DNA of 62,283 bases, counting the filler. It is 5 parts of 5 records of this genome, joined end to end, with 100 filler letters (N's around TTAATTAATTAA, not from the genome) between each part and the next. Parts side by side here need not be neighbours in the genome. Positions count along the whole stretch, not along the records: positions 20,910 to 28,847 come from SRR20825019_1485; positions 28,948 to 40,929 come from SRR20825019_1486; 3 more parts are not named here. One strand, written 5' to 3'. Below the pieces are notes generated by a model, which did no database searches, was not told the DNA's origin, and saw nothing but the letters and a program-made list of their open reading frames with translations. A program made the position numbers and the translations under genes. This document shows positions 23,545 to 33,819 of the stretch, piece by piece; position 1 is the stretch's first letter; each line of letters opens with the position of its first letter.

Positions 23545-24147
23545 CTAATCTTTTATAGTGGTTAGGTCTTTATTAAACATTCTTCCAAAACCATATTGGA
23601 AAACTGCATAGTGATTTAAATATGGGTCTATTGCAAGTCTTGAATAGTTTCCGGTAAGTAATGGTTCAACCAATTCAGGTTTAAATGTATTGGTGTCTTT
23701 TAATGCTAGGAATGTAGTTTTTACATTATTGTCATCTATATTATTAAAGACACACGTCATAAAAGGACTGTCTAAGTTTAGGGTCATTTCACCTTGATTT
23801 TTAATCCAAAATTCAGGGTGTTTCTCTTTTAGCATTTTAAAAAGTGTTACAGTACGTTCTGAAATAATTTGTTCTGGTGTAACTTTTTCTTTTATGGCAT
23901 GGTTAATCCATTTAGCCATGGCTTTCATTAAATTTTTCTTCTTAGGGTCGTTATTGTAGTTATAAATATCTTCTTCATAACTGTAAAAGGCTTCTTTTAT
24001 AAGCTTTGTATCTAAGCTATCACAAATAAACCTATCTGGATAATTATTAAAGCTATACTCATAGTCTTTCTGCTCTGTTTTACAACTCCATAAAACAGTA
24101 ACTAAAATAAGCGGCAAAAGAATGTGATGGAATTTATTTAGCTTCAT
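23545..24147 (-). CDS. Hypothetical lipoprotein (paralog A)
   Basis: Signal peptide with lipobox LWSC; shares KEAFYS.E.DI and DPYL..Y.VF.YG.G.MF with paralog B. Confidence 0.85.
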   Translation of the reverse strand: MKLNKFHHILLPLILVTVLWSCKTEQKDYEYSFNNYPDRFICDSLDTKLIKEAFYSYEEDIYNYNNDPKKKNLMKAMAKWINHAIKEKVTPEQIISERTVTLFKMLKEKHPEFWIKNQGEMTLNLDSPFMTCVFNNIDDNNVKTTFLALKDTNTFKPELVEPLLTGNYSRLAIDPYLNHYAVFQYGFGRMFNKDLTTIKD

Positions 24148-25480
24148 TTTTCAATCGTTCTTGTTCTAATTGTTCAGCCAGACGTTTTTCAATTATTGGC
24201 TCTATTAATGTTTTTCTCGGATTTTGTTTTACAAAAGGGTACAATTGCAAATCGTTTGCCATTGCATCTTGTTTGTTAGGATGCTTGTTGGTTCCTATAA
24301 GAGATAGCTTGCCATCATTAAATAGCTGTTGTTCTTGTGAAGCAGAATCTTTTATCTTTTGCTGAATTTTACCATCAAATAATTGTTGTACAAAACCGCC
24401 ACCCATTTCAATTTGCTTGAAAATTTCTAACGCTTTTTCTGCAAACTGTTGCGTAAGACTTTCAATATAATAGCTACCGTCTGCAGCATTGTCTACCATA
24501 TCAAAATAACTTTCGTGTTTTAAGACTAGTAGTTGGTTTCTAGAAATGCGATCTCCAAATTCATTATTTTTATGGAACAATGCATCATATGGCATATTAT
24601 AAATTGCATTTGCACCACCTAGGGCAGCACTCATACACTCTGTTGTTGTTCGTAACATATTTACATTGTAATCATAAATAGCCTTGTTGCGTTTTGTGGG
24701 ATGAGCAAGAATAAATAAATTATCATTTAAGTTATACTCCTTGGCAAGAGTGCTAAATAATAAACGCAGTGCTCTAAGTTTTGCAATCTCGAAAAAGTAA
24801 TTAGAGCCTATTGAAACCTTTACCGTAAAATTTAAATCTTTTTGGTCTGTAAAGTGGTTTGCGTATTCATTTATATGGGCTAAAGTATATGCTAATTCTT
24901 GCGGAATATTAGCACCAGCATTTTGATAAAGTGCAGCATCTATACTTAAAATATCTTTCCCAATACATTTATTTAAAACTGAATGATCTTCATCTTTATT
25001 AGTAAACCAGTTACCATCTTTTGCAAGATGACCAATAATATCTACTCCAATCTTTAAATTGTAAGACTGCTGAAGGTCTTTTAAGGTTTTTATAAATGCT
25101 TCAGAAAGAAAAGTACACTCAATATATATGAATTTATCACCTTTGTTTAGTTTATCTAAAATAGCTTTTACGTTAACTGAGTCATTAGGGATAACAAACC
25201 ATAACATTTCAGCACCACGCGTAAGTACATTGTTTGCTCTGGTAATACTTTTGTCTACATTTTCTATGTAAATTTTTTCACAGACATCCCAAGAAGAAAC
25301 CGCTTTTACAGACACTAACTTAGTGTCTTCTCTATGGTAAAAGGGTTTTACATCTATACCGTGATGGCTTTTGTAAATTAGGGTGTCATTGTAATCTGCG
25401 CCTTTAAGGTCTACTTGTATTTTCTGTTTCCAAGCTTTAGCGCTAACAGGATCAAAATCTTTAAATAGGTCTTTAGTCAT
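24134..25480 (-). CDS. mutA: Methylmalonyl-CoA mutase small (beta) subunit
   Basis: WKQKIQVDLKGADY, YFFEIAKLRALR, NMLRTTTE, GSYYIESLT; no B12 domain. Confidence 0.92.
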   Translation of the reverse strand: MTKDLFKDFDPVSAKAWKQKIQVDLKGADYNDTLIYKSHHGIDVKPFYHREDTKLVSVKAVSSWDVCEKIYIENVDKSITRANNVLTRGAEMLWFVIPNDSVNVKAILDKLNKGDKFIYIECTFLSEAFIKTLKDLQQSYNLKIGVDIIGHLAKDGNWFTNKDEDHSVLNKCIGKDILSIDAALYQNAGANIPQELAYTLAHINEYANHFTDQKDLNFTVKVSIGSNYFFEIAKLRALRLLFSTLAKEYNLNDNLFILAHPTKRNKAIYDYNVNMLRTTTECMSAALGGANAIYNMPYDALFHKNNEFGDRISRNQLLVLKHESYFDMVDNAADGSYYIESLTQQFAEKALEIFKQIEMGGGFVQQLFDGKIQQKIKDSASQEQQLFNDGKLSLIGTNKHPNKQDAMANDLQLYPFVKQNPRKTLIEPIIEKRLAEQLEQERLKNEAK

Positions 25481-25549
25481 AGTTTGTGTTTGTAAATAAC
25501 AAAGGGATTTTAAAATTAAAGACTGTTTAATCTAATCTTAAAATTATTG

Positions 25550-25867
25550 CTATTGTATGCTATCTTCATATTCAATAATAAAAATCTCTTCATTTTCTCG
25601 CTTCATATAATACTCTTCTCTGGCAAATTTCTCAATTTCCACCGAGTCTTCTAAAGTTTTGATGGTAGTCTTGTCTTTGGCGATTTCCTCTTTGTAGTAA
25701 TCCTTGTTTTTTTCAAGATCACTTATTTCATTACTAAGTTCATTATGTATAAACCAAGAATTACTGTCGAAAAAAAACATCCAAATAGCAAAAACTATAA
25801 GTAACAAGATATACTTATTACTTAAAAATCTGAACCACCATTTTTGCTTTAGATCTTTAAATCTCAT
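25550..25867 (-). CDS. Septum formation initiator (FtsB/DivIC family)
   Basis: One TM helix, coiled coil, EKFAREEYYMKRENEEIF. Confidence 0.88.
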   Translation of the reverse strand: MRFKDLKQKWWFRFLSNKYILLLIVFAIWMFFFDSNSWFIHNELSNEISDLEKNKDYYKEEIAKDKTTIKTLEDSVEIEKFAREEYYMKRENEEIFIIEYEDSIQ

Positions 25868-25885
25868 AAGGCTAAAGATACAATT

Positions 25886-26494
25886 TTAGGTAAGACGTTC
25901 TCTTATGATACTCTGTACAATATCAACAGCTACGGTATTATATCTGTTGTTAGGAATAATCATATCTGCAAACTCCTTGGTAGGTTCTATAAATTGCTGG
26001 TGCATTGGTTTTAACGTCGTTTGGTAGCGGTTAAGCACCTCTTCTAAATCTCTGCCACGTTCTGCAATATCACGTTTTAAACGCCTTATTAAACGTTCAT
26101 CACTATCTGCGTGCACGTAAATCTTAATGTCGAATAGGTCTCGTAACTCAGGATTTGTAAGAATTAAAATACCTTCTACAATCATTACCTTGGTAGGGTA
26201 TGTGGTTGTAGTTTCTCCAGTACGGTTATGCTCTACAAAAGAATATACGGGTTGCTCTATAGGTTTGTTGTTTCTAAGATCGTTTAAATGTTGCGTTAGT
26301 AAAGGAAAATCTATGGACTGAGGATGATCAAAATTTATCTTTGTACGCTGCTCAAGAGTAAGGTTAGATGTGTCTTTGTAGTAATGGTCTTGAGAAATAA
26401 CTGCCACATCTTCTGTAGCTAACTGATCTATAATTTGATTGACCACCGTTGTTTTTCCACAGCCAGTACCGCCAGCAATTCCTATAATGAGCAT
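25886..26494 (-). CDS. udk: Uridine kinase
   Basis: IGIAGGTGCGKTT, QDHYY, NFDHP, RRLKRDIAERGR. Confidence 0.96.
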   Translation of the reverse strand: MLIIGIAGGTGCGKTTVVNQIIDQLATEDVAVISQDHYYKDTSNLTLEQRTKINFDHPQSIDFPLLTQHLNDLRNNKPIEQPVYSFVEHNRTGETTTTYPTKVMIVEGILILTNPELRDLFDIKIYVHADSDERLIRRLKRDIAERGRDLEEVLNRYQTTLKPMHQQFIEPTKEFADMIIPNNRYNTVAVDIVQSIIRERLT

Positions 26495-26584
26495 CTCAAT
26501 AAAAAGTTTGAAGTTTGAGCGGCAAAGTTAGAAGTTAATTCACGAAAATGGTAAACAGATGCTGAAAAAATAATTTAATACAAT

Positions 26585-27871
26585 TTAAGCTTTAGGGGTT
26601 GTTGAAATTTGTTTTGAATGCTTATAAAATAATATAGATGCTAAAAAGCCTATAGCAGAAAATATGCCTAAAGCAATAAATACATAACTATGGCCTTGCT
26701 CACCATTCCAACCATCTAAAAAGTAACCTATCATAGGACCAGCAAAGATGTCTGGTGTGTAACCAATAAATGATATAAGACCAACAGCTGTTCCCGTAAG
26801 CGTTAAGGGTATTTTGCCTTCTTGCATTACTGCAAAATACAGTACTCTAACAGCATATACGCCGATAGCTGTAATAACAATGCTTGTAAAGAAAAACAAC
26901 GTAGTGTTATCTGGTAAGACGCCAGAAGCAAATATGCTAGCGCCGATAACAGATAGTAAAAAACCAATACATAAATAAAGTGAGGCTTTAGATCTGTCTG
27001 CTAAAACACCAATGAGAACACCAACAACAGGTCTTATAAATAATAAAAAGGTTCCTGTTTGTGCAGCTTCAATTTCAGAATATTTCATCACATCTTTTGC
27101 ATATAAAGAGAAAATATCTGTAATCTTATAACCTATATAAGCACAGAGTATAATTATCATTAAAAGCCATACAGCTTTAAGTTGTAATACGTCTTTTATG
27201 TTTTTAAGTGTAATGTGTTCCTTAATAGTTTCCTTTTCTATTGTTGCTTTAGTATCTAGCTTTAAAAAGAAATAAACTAATAGTCCTATTAGTATTACAA
27301 TGCCAGATGTTATTAAGATAACAGCTTTAAATGCTTCACGTTGTTCAATAGTATTAAGGTCTACATCATTATCTGGCATAAGAAACGCAAAAATTAATAC
27401 CCCTAAAAGTCCAAATAAGGCACCTACCAAACCACGACCGCCATCTAAAAAACCAAATGCCTTACCTTGGCTGTCTGTGCCACCCCAAATACGAGTTGCT
27501 TTAATCATACCTGCCCAAAACAAACAAATTGTAGTAAAACCCCAATATCCATAAAGTATTTTTAACGTTGTGTATGATGGATTGTTGGCATATACAAAAC
27601 CACCTATGGCAGTTAATATGAGAGAGATTCCCATTAATTTTCTAGGTTGAAATTTATCTGCTAAAGGACCACCAAACAAATAAGACACTAACGCCACTAA
27701 GCCATATATTGAAAAACAATAACCAAGCTGTGTATTAGTTACTTGAAATACATCTAAAACGGTAGCCCTAAACACTCTCGCTAAGACAAAAGGCAAAATG
27801 AAAACAGCTTCTCCTGCTAAAATTAGGAGAATAATGTAGTGTAGTGGTTTTTTAATGTTGTCTTTTTTCAA
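26585..27871 (-). CDS. MFS transporter
   Basis: About 12 hydrophobic segments; GGPLADKF and GVLADRS loop motifs; TTG start. Confidence 0.9.
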   Translation of the reverse strand: MKKDNIKKPLHYIILLILAGEAVFILPFVLARVFRATVLDVFQVTNTQLGYCFSIYGLVALVSYLFGGPLADKFQPRKLMGISLILTAIGGFVYANNPSYTTLKILYGYWGFTTICLFWAGMIKATRIWGGTDSQGKAFGFLDGGRGLVGALFGLLGVLIFAFLMPDNDVDLNTIEQREAFKAVILITSGIVILIGLLVYFFLKLDTKATIEKETIKEHITLKNIKDVLQLKAVWLLMIIILCAYIGYKITDIFSLYAKDVMKYSEIEAAQTGTFLLFIRPVVGVLIGVLADRSKASLYLCIGFLLSVIGASIFASGVLPDNTTLFFFTSIVITAIGVYAVRVLYFAVMQEGKIPLTLTGTAVGLISFIGYTPDIFAGPMIGYFLDGWNGEQGHSYVFIALGIFSAIGFLASILFYKHSKQISTTPKA

Positions 27872-27954
27872 AGGTATGTTACAGTTTGGTTTGTGAAAGA
27901 TAAGAAATAAGGCTTTGGCAAATTGTATTAGGTTAGGGTCTGTAAATAAGGTGT

Positions 27955-28025
27955 TTTGTGTTAGGGATAGAGCACGTTACCGTTTAACGGTGAAAGCCCG
28001 ACCCGATTTAGGGGAACACCCGAAA
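27955..28025 (+). repeat. Flavobacterial intergenic structured repeat (Flavo-1-like)
   Basis: GTGTTAGGGATAG...ACCGTT-T-AACGGT hairpin...GAAAGCCCGACCC...GGGGAACAC; family recalled from memory. Confidence 0.55.
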
Positions 28026-28105
28026 CAGTAACTTGTAATTTGTATTCAAAAAAGTTGTTAACGACTCAAACAACTGCCTAAGTTTTCATTTATAGTTTTT
28101 ATTTC

Positions 28106-28145
28106 TGACACTCTGTCATAATCATTCTAGTGGCACATCTTTTGA
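28106..28145 (+). promoter_or_regulatory. TGACA-N3-TGTCA palindrome plus sigma54-like TGGCAC-N5-TTG element upstream of dnaK
   Basis: TGACACTCTGTCA at 28106-28118; TGGCACATCTTTTGA at 28131-28145. Confidence 0.6.
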
Positions 28146-28173
28146 CTTTTAGTAGTCGAGAAAACAATTTTGA

Positions 28174-28847
<674 letters not shown>

Positions 28848-28947
28848 NNNNNNNNNNNNNNNNNNNNNNNNNNNNNNNNNNNNNNNNNNNNTTAATTAAT
28901 TAANNNNNNNNNNNNNNNNNNNNNNNNNNNNNNNNNNNNNNNNNNNN
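28848..28947. other. Artificial contig linker
   Basis: N-TTAATTAATTAA-N. Confidence 0.99.
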
Positions 28948-29070
28948 CAGGGTCACCTCTCAGCAGAAATCAACACTTCGGCTTCACTGGCAATTGGACC
29001 GCCGACGACCAGTATGGTTAGATCGCTCGCCTCGACTATCTCTGTGACACGCCCATTGCATATCCTTTAT

Positions 29071-30231
29071 CTAATAGGCTTCGCGATAAAGCCTTGCCGC
29101 ATCGGCTTCGTCAATTTCGGCAGGATTGTTGATCAGCAGGCGGGTCTGCTTCATCGCGTCGTTTGCGAGCATTGAAAGATCCTGCTCAAGAACACCTACA
29201 TCCCGCAGCCTGAGCGGCGCTCCCGACTGCTCCATCAGCGCCTGCATCGTCGTGACGAATTGTGCCGCGCGCGCCTGGATGCCCTCGTCCTTTGGCTCGC
29301 AGATCACGTCAGCCAGTTCTGCGTAAAGCGGCGCGGCTGCCGTCATGTTGAAACGGAGCACCGGGCCCAGCATCAGAGCATTGGTCAAACCGTGCGGCAG
29401 ATGATAGCGGCCACCCAGCGGATAGGCCAGCGCATGCACCGCGCCGACGGGGCTGTTGGCAAACGCCTGTCCCGCGAGAGTCGAGCCCAGCAGCATGGCC
29501 TCGCGGGCGACGCGGTCGGCCCCGTCCCTGCACGCTCTGATGAGATTGGTTGACATCAACCGAAGCGCTTCCCTTGCAAGAAGGTCAGAAACAGGATTCT
29601 TCTTATGGCGTCCGGTATACGCTTCGATCGCATGAACCATGGCGTCGATACCGGTCGCCGCCGTCTGCGGACGGGGCAGTCCGACCGTCAGTTCGGCGTC
29701 GAGAAGAACGCGGTCGGCGTAAAGCTGGGGCGCCACGATCCCCATTTTCTCGCTCTCGCCGGTGGTCAGGATGCTGATATTGGTCACCTCCGATCCGGTC
29801 CCCGCCGTCGTCGGTATCTGCACCAGCGGAACGCGTCCGCCGGCAATTTTGCCGATGCCGTAGAGTTCCCTCAGCTGCTGTTCGCTCACCAGCATCACCG
29901 CTGCGAGTTTCGCCACATCCATGGACGAACCGCCACCCAAGCCGACGACGATATCCGCCTCTGCGTCCCGGCCCCGGGCGAGGCAGTTCATCAACACGCT
30001 TTCAGGGGGATCGGCTACGACCGCATCGAATATCGTAACCTTGAAGCCGGCTTCGTCCAGCGATTTCAGGGCGGGCGCCAGGAGGCCGGACTCACGCAGA
30101 AACCGGTCGGTCACGAGAAGCAGAGACCGTTGGGAAAACCAGTTGCCCATAAGCGATCCCAGACGTGACGCGCCGCCCCATTCGAAGTGGAGCGCCGCAG
30201 GCGTATGAAAGGAGAAGGATGCAGGTTCCAT
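29071..30231 (-). CDS. Iron-containing alcohol dehydrogenase
   Basis: GGGSSMD, PTTAGTGSE, DAMVHAIE, HALAY, HGLTNA. Confidence 0.93.
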   Translation of the reverse strand: MEPASFSFHTPAALHFEWGGASRLGSLMGNWFSQRSLLLVTDRFLRESGLLAPALKSLDEAGFKVTIFDAVVADPPESVLMNCLARGRDAEADIVVGLGGGSSMDVAKLAAVMLVSEQQLRELYGIGKIAGGRVPLVQIPTTAGTGSEVTNISILTTGESEKMGIVAPQLYADRVLLDAELTVGLPRPQTAATGIDAMVHAIEAYTGRHKKNPVSDLLAREALRLMSTNLIRACRDGADRVAREAMLLGSTLAGQAFANSPVGAVHALAYPLGGRYHLPHGLTNALMLGPVLRFNMTAAAPLYAELADVICEPKDEGIQARAAQFVTTMQALMEQSGAPLRLRDVGVLEQDLSMLANDAMKQTRLLINNPAEIDEADAARLYREAY

Positions 30232-30302
30232 GACTGTCTCTTGCGGGTTCGGGATTTGTTCCACAGCGCGGGCGCTGGCGCTGAAGGCCGATACGTCGCG
30301 GC

Positions 30303-32600
30303 CTATTGGTTTCTGTCGTCAAACGACGCGATATCGGGCGGGGCCAGCGCTCTGACGGGCGCCGGATCGGCGACAGGGCCAGAGAGCCTCACGAGGCAGG
30401 TCTGCGCAGAACACCCCTGTGTCAGCGACGATGTGCCGCGATCCAGCGTCAGAACATTCGGGTTGCCGTGGCGGTCGCCCCCCGCCCCGTCCGGATCGTA
30501 CCAGGCGCCGGTCGAAAGCTTGACCACGCCCGGCATGATATCCGCCGAAACCCTGGCGCCGGCGAGCGCCCGCCCCCGTTCATTGCTGAGTTCCACCAGA
30601 TTGCCGGTCACGATGCCGCGCGCGGCGGCGTCAGCCTCGCTGATCATGACGGGCTCGCGACCGGCGATCTTGCCTGCCCGGCTGTGCGCGCTGGCATCAA
30701 GCTGGGAGTGAAGTCGCCGGGAGGGCTGGTCGGACAGAAGATGTAACTGGTCGGCTTCGGCCTCGCCAAGCCATTCCGCCGGCGAAAACCAGCTGGCGTG
30801 GCCACGGCAGTCCGGCAGGTCGAACTCGGCAATCATCTCGCTGAAGAGCTCGATTTTGCCCGAAGGGGTCGGCCTTTTATGGGCAATCGGGTCGTCTCGG
30901 AAGGCTTCCATCATGACCGTCGGCCGCGCCTCGCGCGCGAGCAGCACTAGCCCCTCCTCCCAGAAATCATCAAATTCCGGCAGCTGGCAGTCTGCGCCGG
31001 CAAGCCGTCGGCGCGTTTGCTCGTAGATTTGGCGCAGCCAGTCGATCTCGGTGCGTCCTTCGGTGAACGCTTCAGTGATACCAAGCCTTTCGGCCAGCCC
31101 GCAGAAGATTTCGTAATCGCTGCGCGATTGCCCGAGACTTTGCGCGGCCCGTCGCATGGCAACGAGATGGCCCTCGCGCGTGGCAAAGCCGATATCATTG
31201 CGCTCCAGAACCGTATTGGCCGGAAACACGATGTCGGCGCGGCGGGCGGTCGGCGTCCAGTACTGTTCATGGACGATGATCGTCTCGGGTCGTGCCCAGG
31301 CCTGCTCCAGCCGATTGAGATCCTGGTGGTGATGATAGGGATTGCCCCCAACCCAGTAGATCAGCCTGATATCGGGGTAGCTGCGGGTTTGTCCCCCGTA
31401 TTGAAATGGGCTGCCGGGATTTTCCAGCATGTCGGTAATCCGCGCGACCGGGATGAAGTCGCGGACCGGATTCTTTCCCTGATCGAGCGTCGGACCGGGA
31501 ACGGCCGCAAACGGGCTGCCGAGCGCATTTGTCGTGCCGTAGCCGAAACCGAAGCCGCCGCCCGGCAAGCCGATCTGGCCGACAATGGCGGCCAGCGTGA
31601 CCAGCATCCAGCAGGGCTGTTCGCCGTGGCTTGCCCTTTGCAGCGACCACGCCATGTTCAACATCGTGCGCGTGCCCGCCATCTCGCGGGCGAGGGATTC
31701 GATGCGTTCGGCCGGAACGCCCGAGATCGCCTCGGCCCACGCCGGCGTGCAGGGTTCGCTTCCGTCACGCCCCATCAGGTGGGCCTCCACCCGATCGAAA
31801 CCGGTGCAGTGGCTTTGCAGAAACGCCCGGTCATGCAGGCCTTCACGGACGATGACATGGGCGATCGCCAACATCACGGCCGTGTCGGTGTTGGGGCGTA
31901 TCGGTATCCACTCGGCTTCGGGTACATCGAGATTGTCGCGCACCGGGCTGAAATTGACGAACCTCACCCCGCGCTCGCGCATCGCCTGAACGCCGCTGCG
32001 GGTAAAATGCGTACGCACCCCGCCGGGCGAGACCTGGGTGTTCTTGCGCGGAATGCCGCCGAAGGTCACGAACAGTTTCGTGTGTTCGGCCATCACGTCC
32101 CAGGTTGTATGCTCGGCCATCAGCCCCTTCATCGGCCCGATGATATAGGGCATCAGCGCGTGGGCGGCGCCAAGGCTGTACGTGTTCACGTGCGGCACGT
32201 AACCACCTAGACAGTTCATGAACCGGTGAACCTGGCTCTGTCCGTGATGGAAACGGCCCGCGCTGGCCCAGCCATAGGAGCCGGCGAATATCGAGGCATT
32301 GCCGTGCTCATCGATCACTCGTCTTATTTCGGCTGAAGCGAGATCGAGGGCCTCGTCCCACGGGACCTCGATCATCCGCTCGCCGCCGCGGTCGCCGGGT
32401 TCTGCGCCCGGTCCATTCTTCAGCCAGCCTTCGCGCACCGCCGGACGCTTCACCCGCAGGGCGCGCAGTTCGGGCTGGTCAAGATCGAGACCGATGCCCG
32501 CCGGATCCTCATCGCTGGCGAGCGGTCTGGCGCGCACCGAGCCAGAAGCGTCGGTGTCGACCTCGAAAATCCCCCAATGCGATGAGGTATAGCGTGGCAT
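30303..32600 (-). CDS. Mo-bisPGD oxidoreductase, BisC/DMSO-reductase type, cytoplasmic
   Basis: SSHWG, GSYGWASAG, TYS Ser ligand, PTPSGKIEL, RLHSQ; no Tat signal; RBS GGAAAGG. Confidence 0.93.
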   Translation of the reverse strand: MPRYTSSHWGIFEVDTDASGSVRARPLASDEDPAGIGLDLDQPELRALRVKRPAVREGWLKNGPGAEPGDRGGERMIEVPWDEALDLASAEIRRVIDEHGNASIFAGSYGWASAGRFHHGQSQVHRFMNCLGGYVPHVNTYSLGAAHALMPYIIGPMKGLMAEHTTWDVMAEHTKLFVTFGGIPRKNTQVSPGGVRTHFTRSGVQAMRERGVRFVNFSPVRDNLDVPEAEWIPIRPNTDTAVMLAIAHVIVREGLHDRAFLQSHCTGFDRVEAHLMGRDGSEPCTPAWAEAISGVPAERIESLAREMAGTRTMLNMAWSLQRASHGEQPCWMLVTLAAIVGQIGLPGGGFGFGYGTTNALGSPFAAVPGPTLDQGKNPVRDFIPVARITDMLENPGSPFQYGGQTRSYPDIRLIYWVGGNPYHHHQDLNRLEQAWARPETIIVHEQYWTPTARRADIVFPANTVLERNDIGFATREGHLVAMRRAAQSLGQSRSDYEIFCGLAERLGITEAFTEGRTEIDWLRQIYEQTRRRLAGADCQLPEFDDFWEEGLVLLAREARPTVMMEAFRDDPIAHKRPTPSGKIELFSEMIAEFDLPDCRGHASWFSPAEWLGEAEADQLHLLSDQPSRRLHSQLDASAHSRAGKIAGREPVMISEADAAARGIVTGNLVELSNERGRALAGARVSADIMPGVVKLSTGAWYDPDGAGGDRHGNPNVLTLDRGTSSLTQGCSAQTCLVRLSGPVADPAPVRALAPPDIASFDDRNQ

Positions 32601-32634
32601 CGCGCCTTTCCTTTCCTGACCTTCAGGCCTTGTT

Positions 32635-33819
32635 TCAGGCCGTGACCTCAAGTTTCGGCGAACGTTTCAGAACATCGTCATTGAGCGAAATGCCCAGCCC
32701 CGGCGTATCGGGAACATCAAAATAGCCGTCGCGAGGCTGAAGGTCGATATCGCAGAGTTCGACATTATAGACCTTCATGGCATGGCTGTGATGCTCATGG
32801 ATCAGGAAGTTCGGGATTGCCGCCTCAAGATGCAGCGAGGCCGCCGTCGCCACCGGGCTGCCGCAGACGTGAACCTGCACGGTCACGTCATAGATATGCG
32901 CGTAGTCGCACATCTTCTTGGCTTCGGTGAGACCGCCCACCAGTCCAATGTCGGGCTGCAAGACCTCCAGGCTCTGCTCTTCGAGATAGGGCCGCACGCC
33001 CCAGCGGGAGAAAATGCGTTCGCCGGCCGCCAGCGGGATCGTCGTGCGCCCGGCCACATAGGACTGCATGCGCGAATTGGTATAGCTGACCGGCTCCTCG
33101 AAATAGTAGATGCCGAATTCCTCAAGCGCTTCGATGAGTTGCACCGCGGCAGGACCGCTTGTCAGACTGTGCACTTCAAGAATGATTTCTCCCTCCGGCC
33201 CCAGCGCCTCGCGCACGGCCGCCATGCGGCCCCGGAAAAGGTCGAGTTGCGACCGGGTGAAATAGGTGACATGGCGGTCCAGACGATTGCCATCAGCATC
33301 CATGTTGATCGGATCCACCTTAACGCAGGTGAAGCCTTGCGCGCGGGCAGCGCTTGCCGAGCGGCCATAATCCTCGGCCGAACCAAGCTGCAGATAGGTG
33401 TCGCCCCAGCCAAGCTGGAGCTGGCTGGCATAGGTGCGCAGACGATCGCGCGTCTTGCCGCCCAGAAGCTGGTGGCAGGGCACGCCGAGCGCCTTTCCCT
33501 GAACATCCCAGAGCGCGGTATCGATGCCGCTCAATCCGGCGAGGACATGAGTGTTGGCGGCCTGTCCCCAGAAACTGCCGCGATAGACGTTCTCCCACAG
33601 GGCCTCGCGCCGCATCGGATCGGCGCCGATGAAGAAACGTTCGGCGATTTCCCGAGCCGCCTCCGCTCCGGCCGCATGGCCGACACCATAGGCCAGTCCG
33701 ACCTCGCCGACGCCGGTCAGGCCTTCATCGGTATGGACGCGCACCAGAACCGGGTGCCACGGGATCGCGATCCCGTCGGGCATCTGGACGTCGAATATTT
33801 CCACCTTGCTGATTTTCAT
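32635..33819 (-). CDS. Mandelate racemase/enolase-superfamily dehydratase (DgoD-like)
   Basis: SGIDTALWD, KVD, EVH, EEP, AGE, QPD; ATGA overlap with tctA. Confidence 0.9.
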   Translation of the reverse strand: MKISKVEIFDVQMPDGIAIPWHPVLVRVHTDEGLTGVGEVGLAYGVGHAAGAEAAREIAERFFIGADPMRREALWENVYRGSFWGQAANTHVLAGLSGIDTALWDVQGKALGVPCHQLLGGKTRDRLRTYASQLQLGWGDTYLQLGSAEDYGRSASAARAQGFTCVKVDPINMDADGNRLDRHVTYFTRSQLDLFRGRMAAVREALGPEGEIILEVHSLTSGPAAVQLIEALEEFGIYYFEEPVSYTNSRMQSYVAGRTTIPLAAGERIFSRWGVRPYLEEQSLEVLQPDIGLVGGLTEAKKMCDYAHIYDVTVQVHVCGSPVATAASLHLEAAIPNFLIHEHHSHAMKVYNVELCDIDLQPRDGYFDVPDTPGLGISLNDDVLKRSPKLEVTA

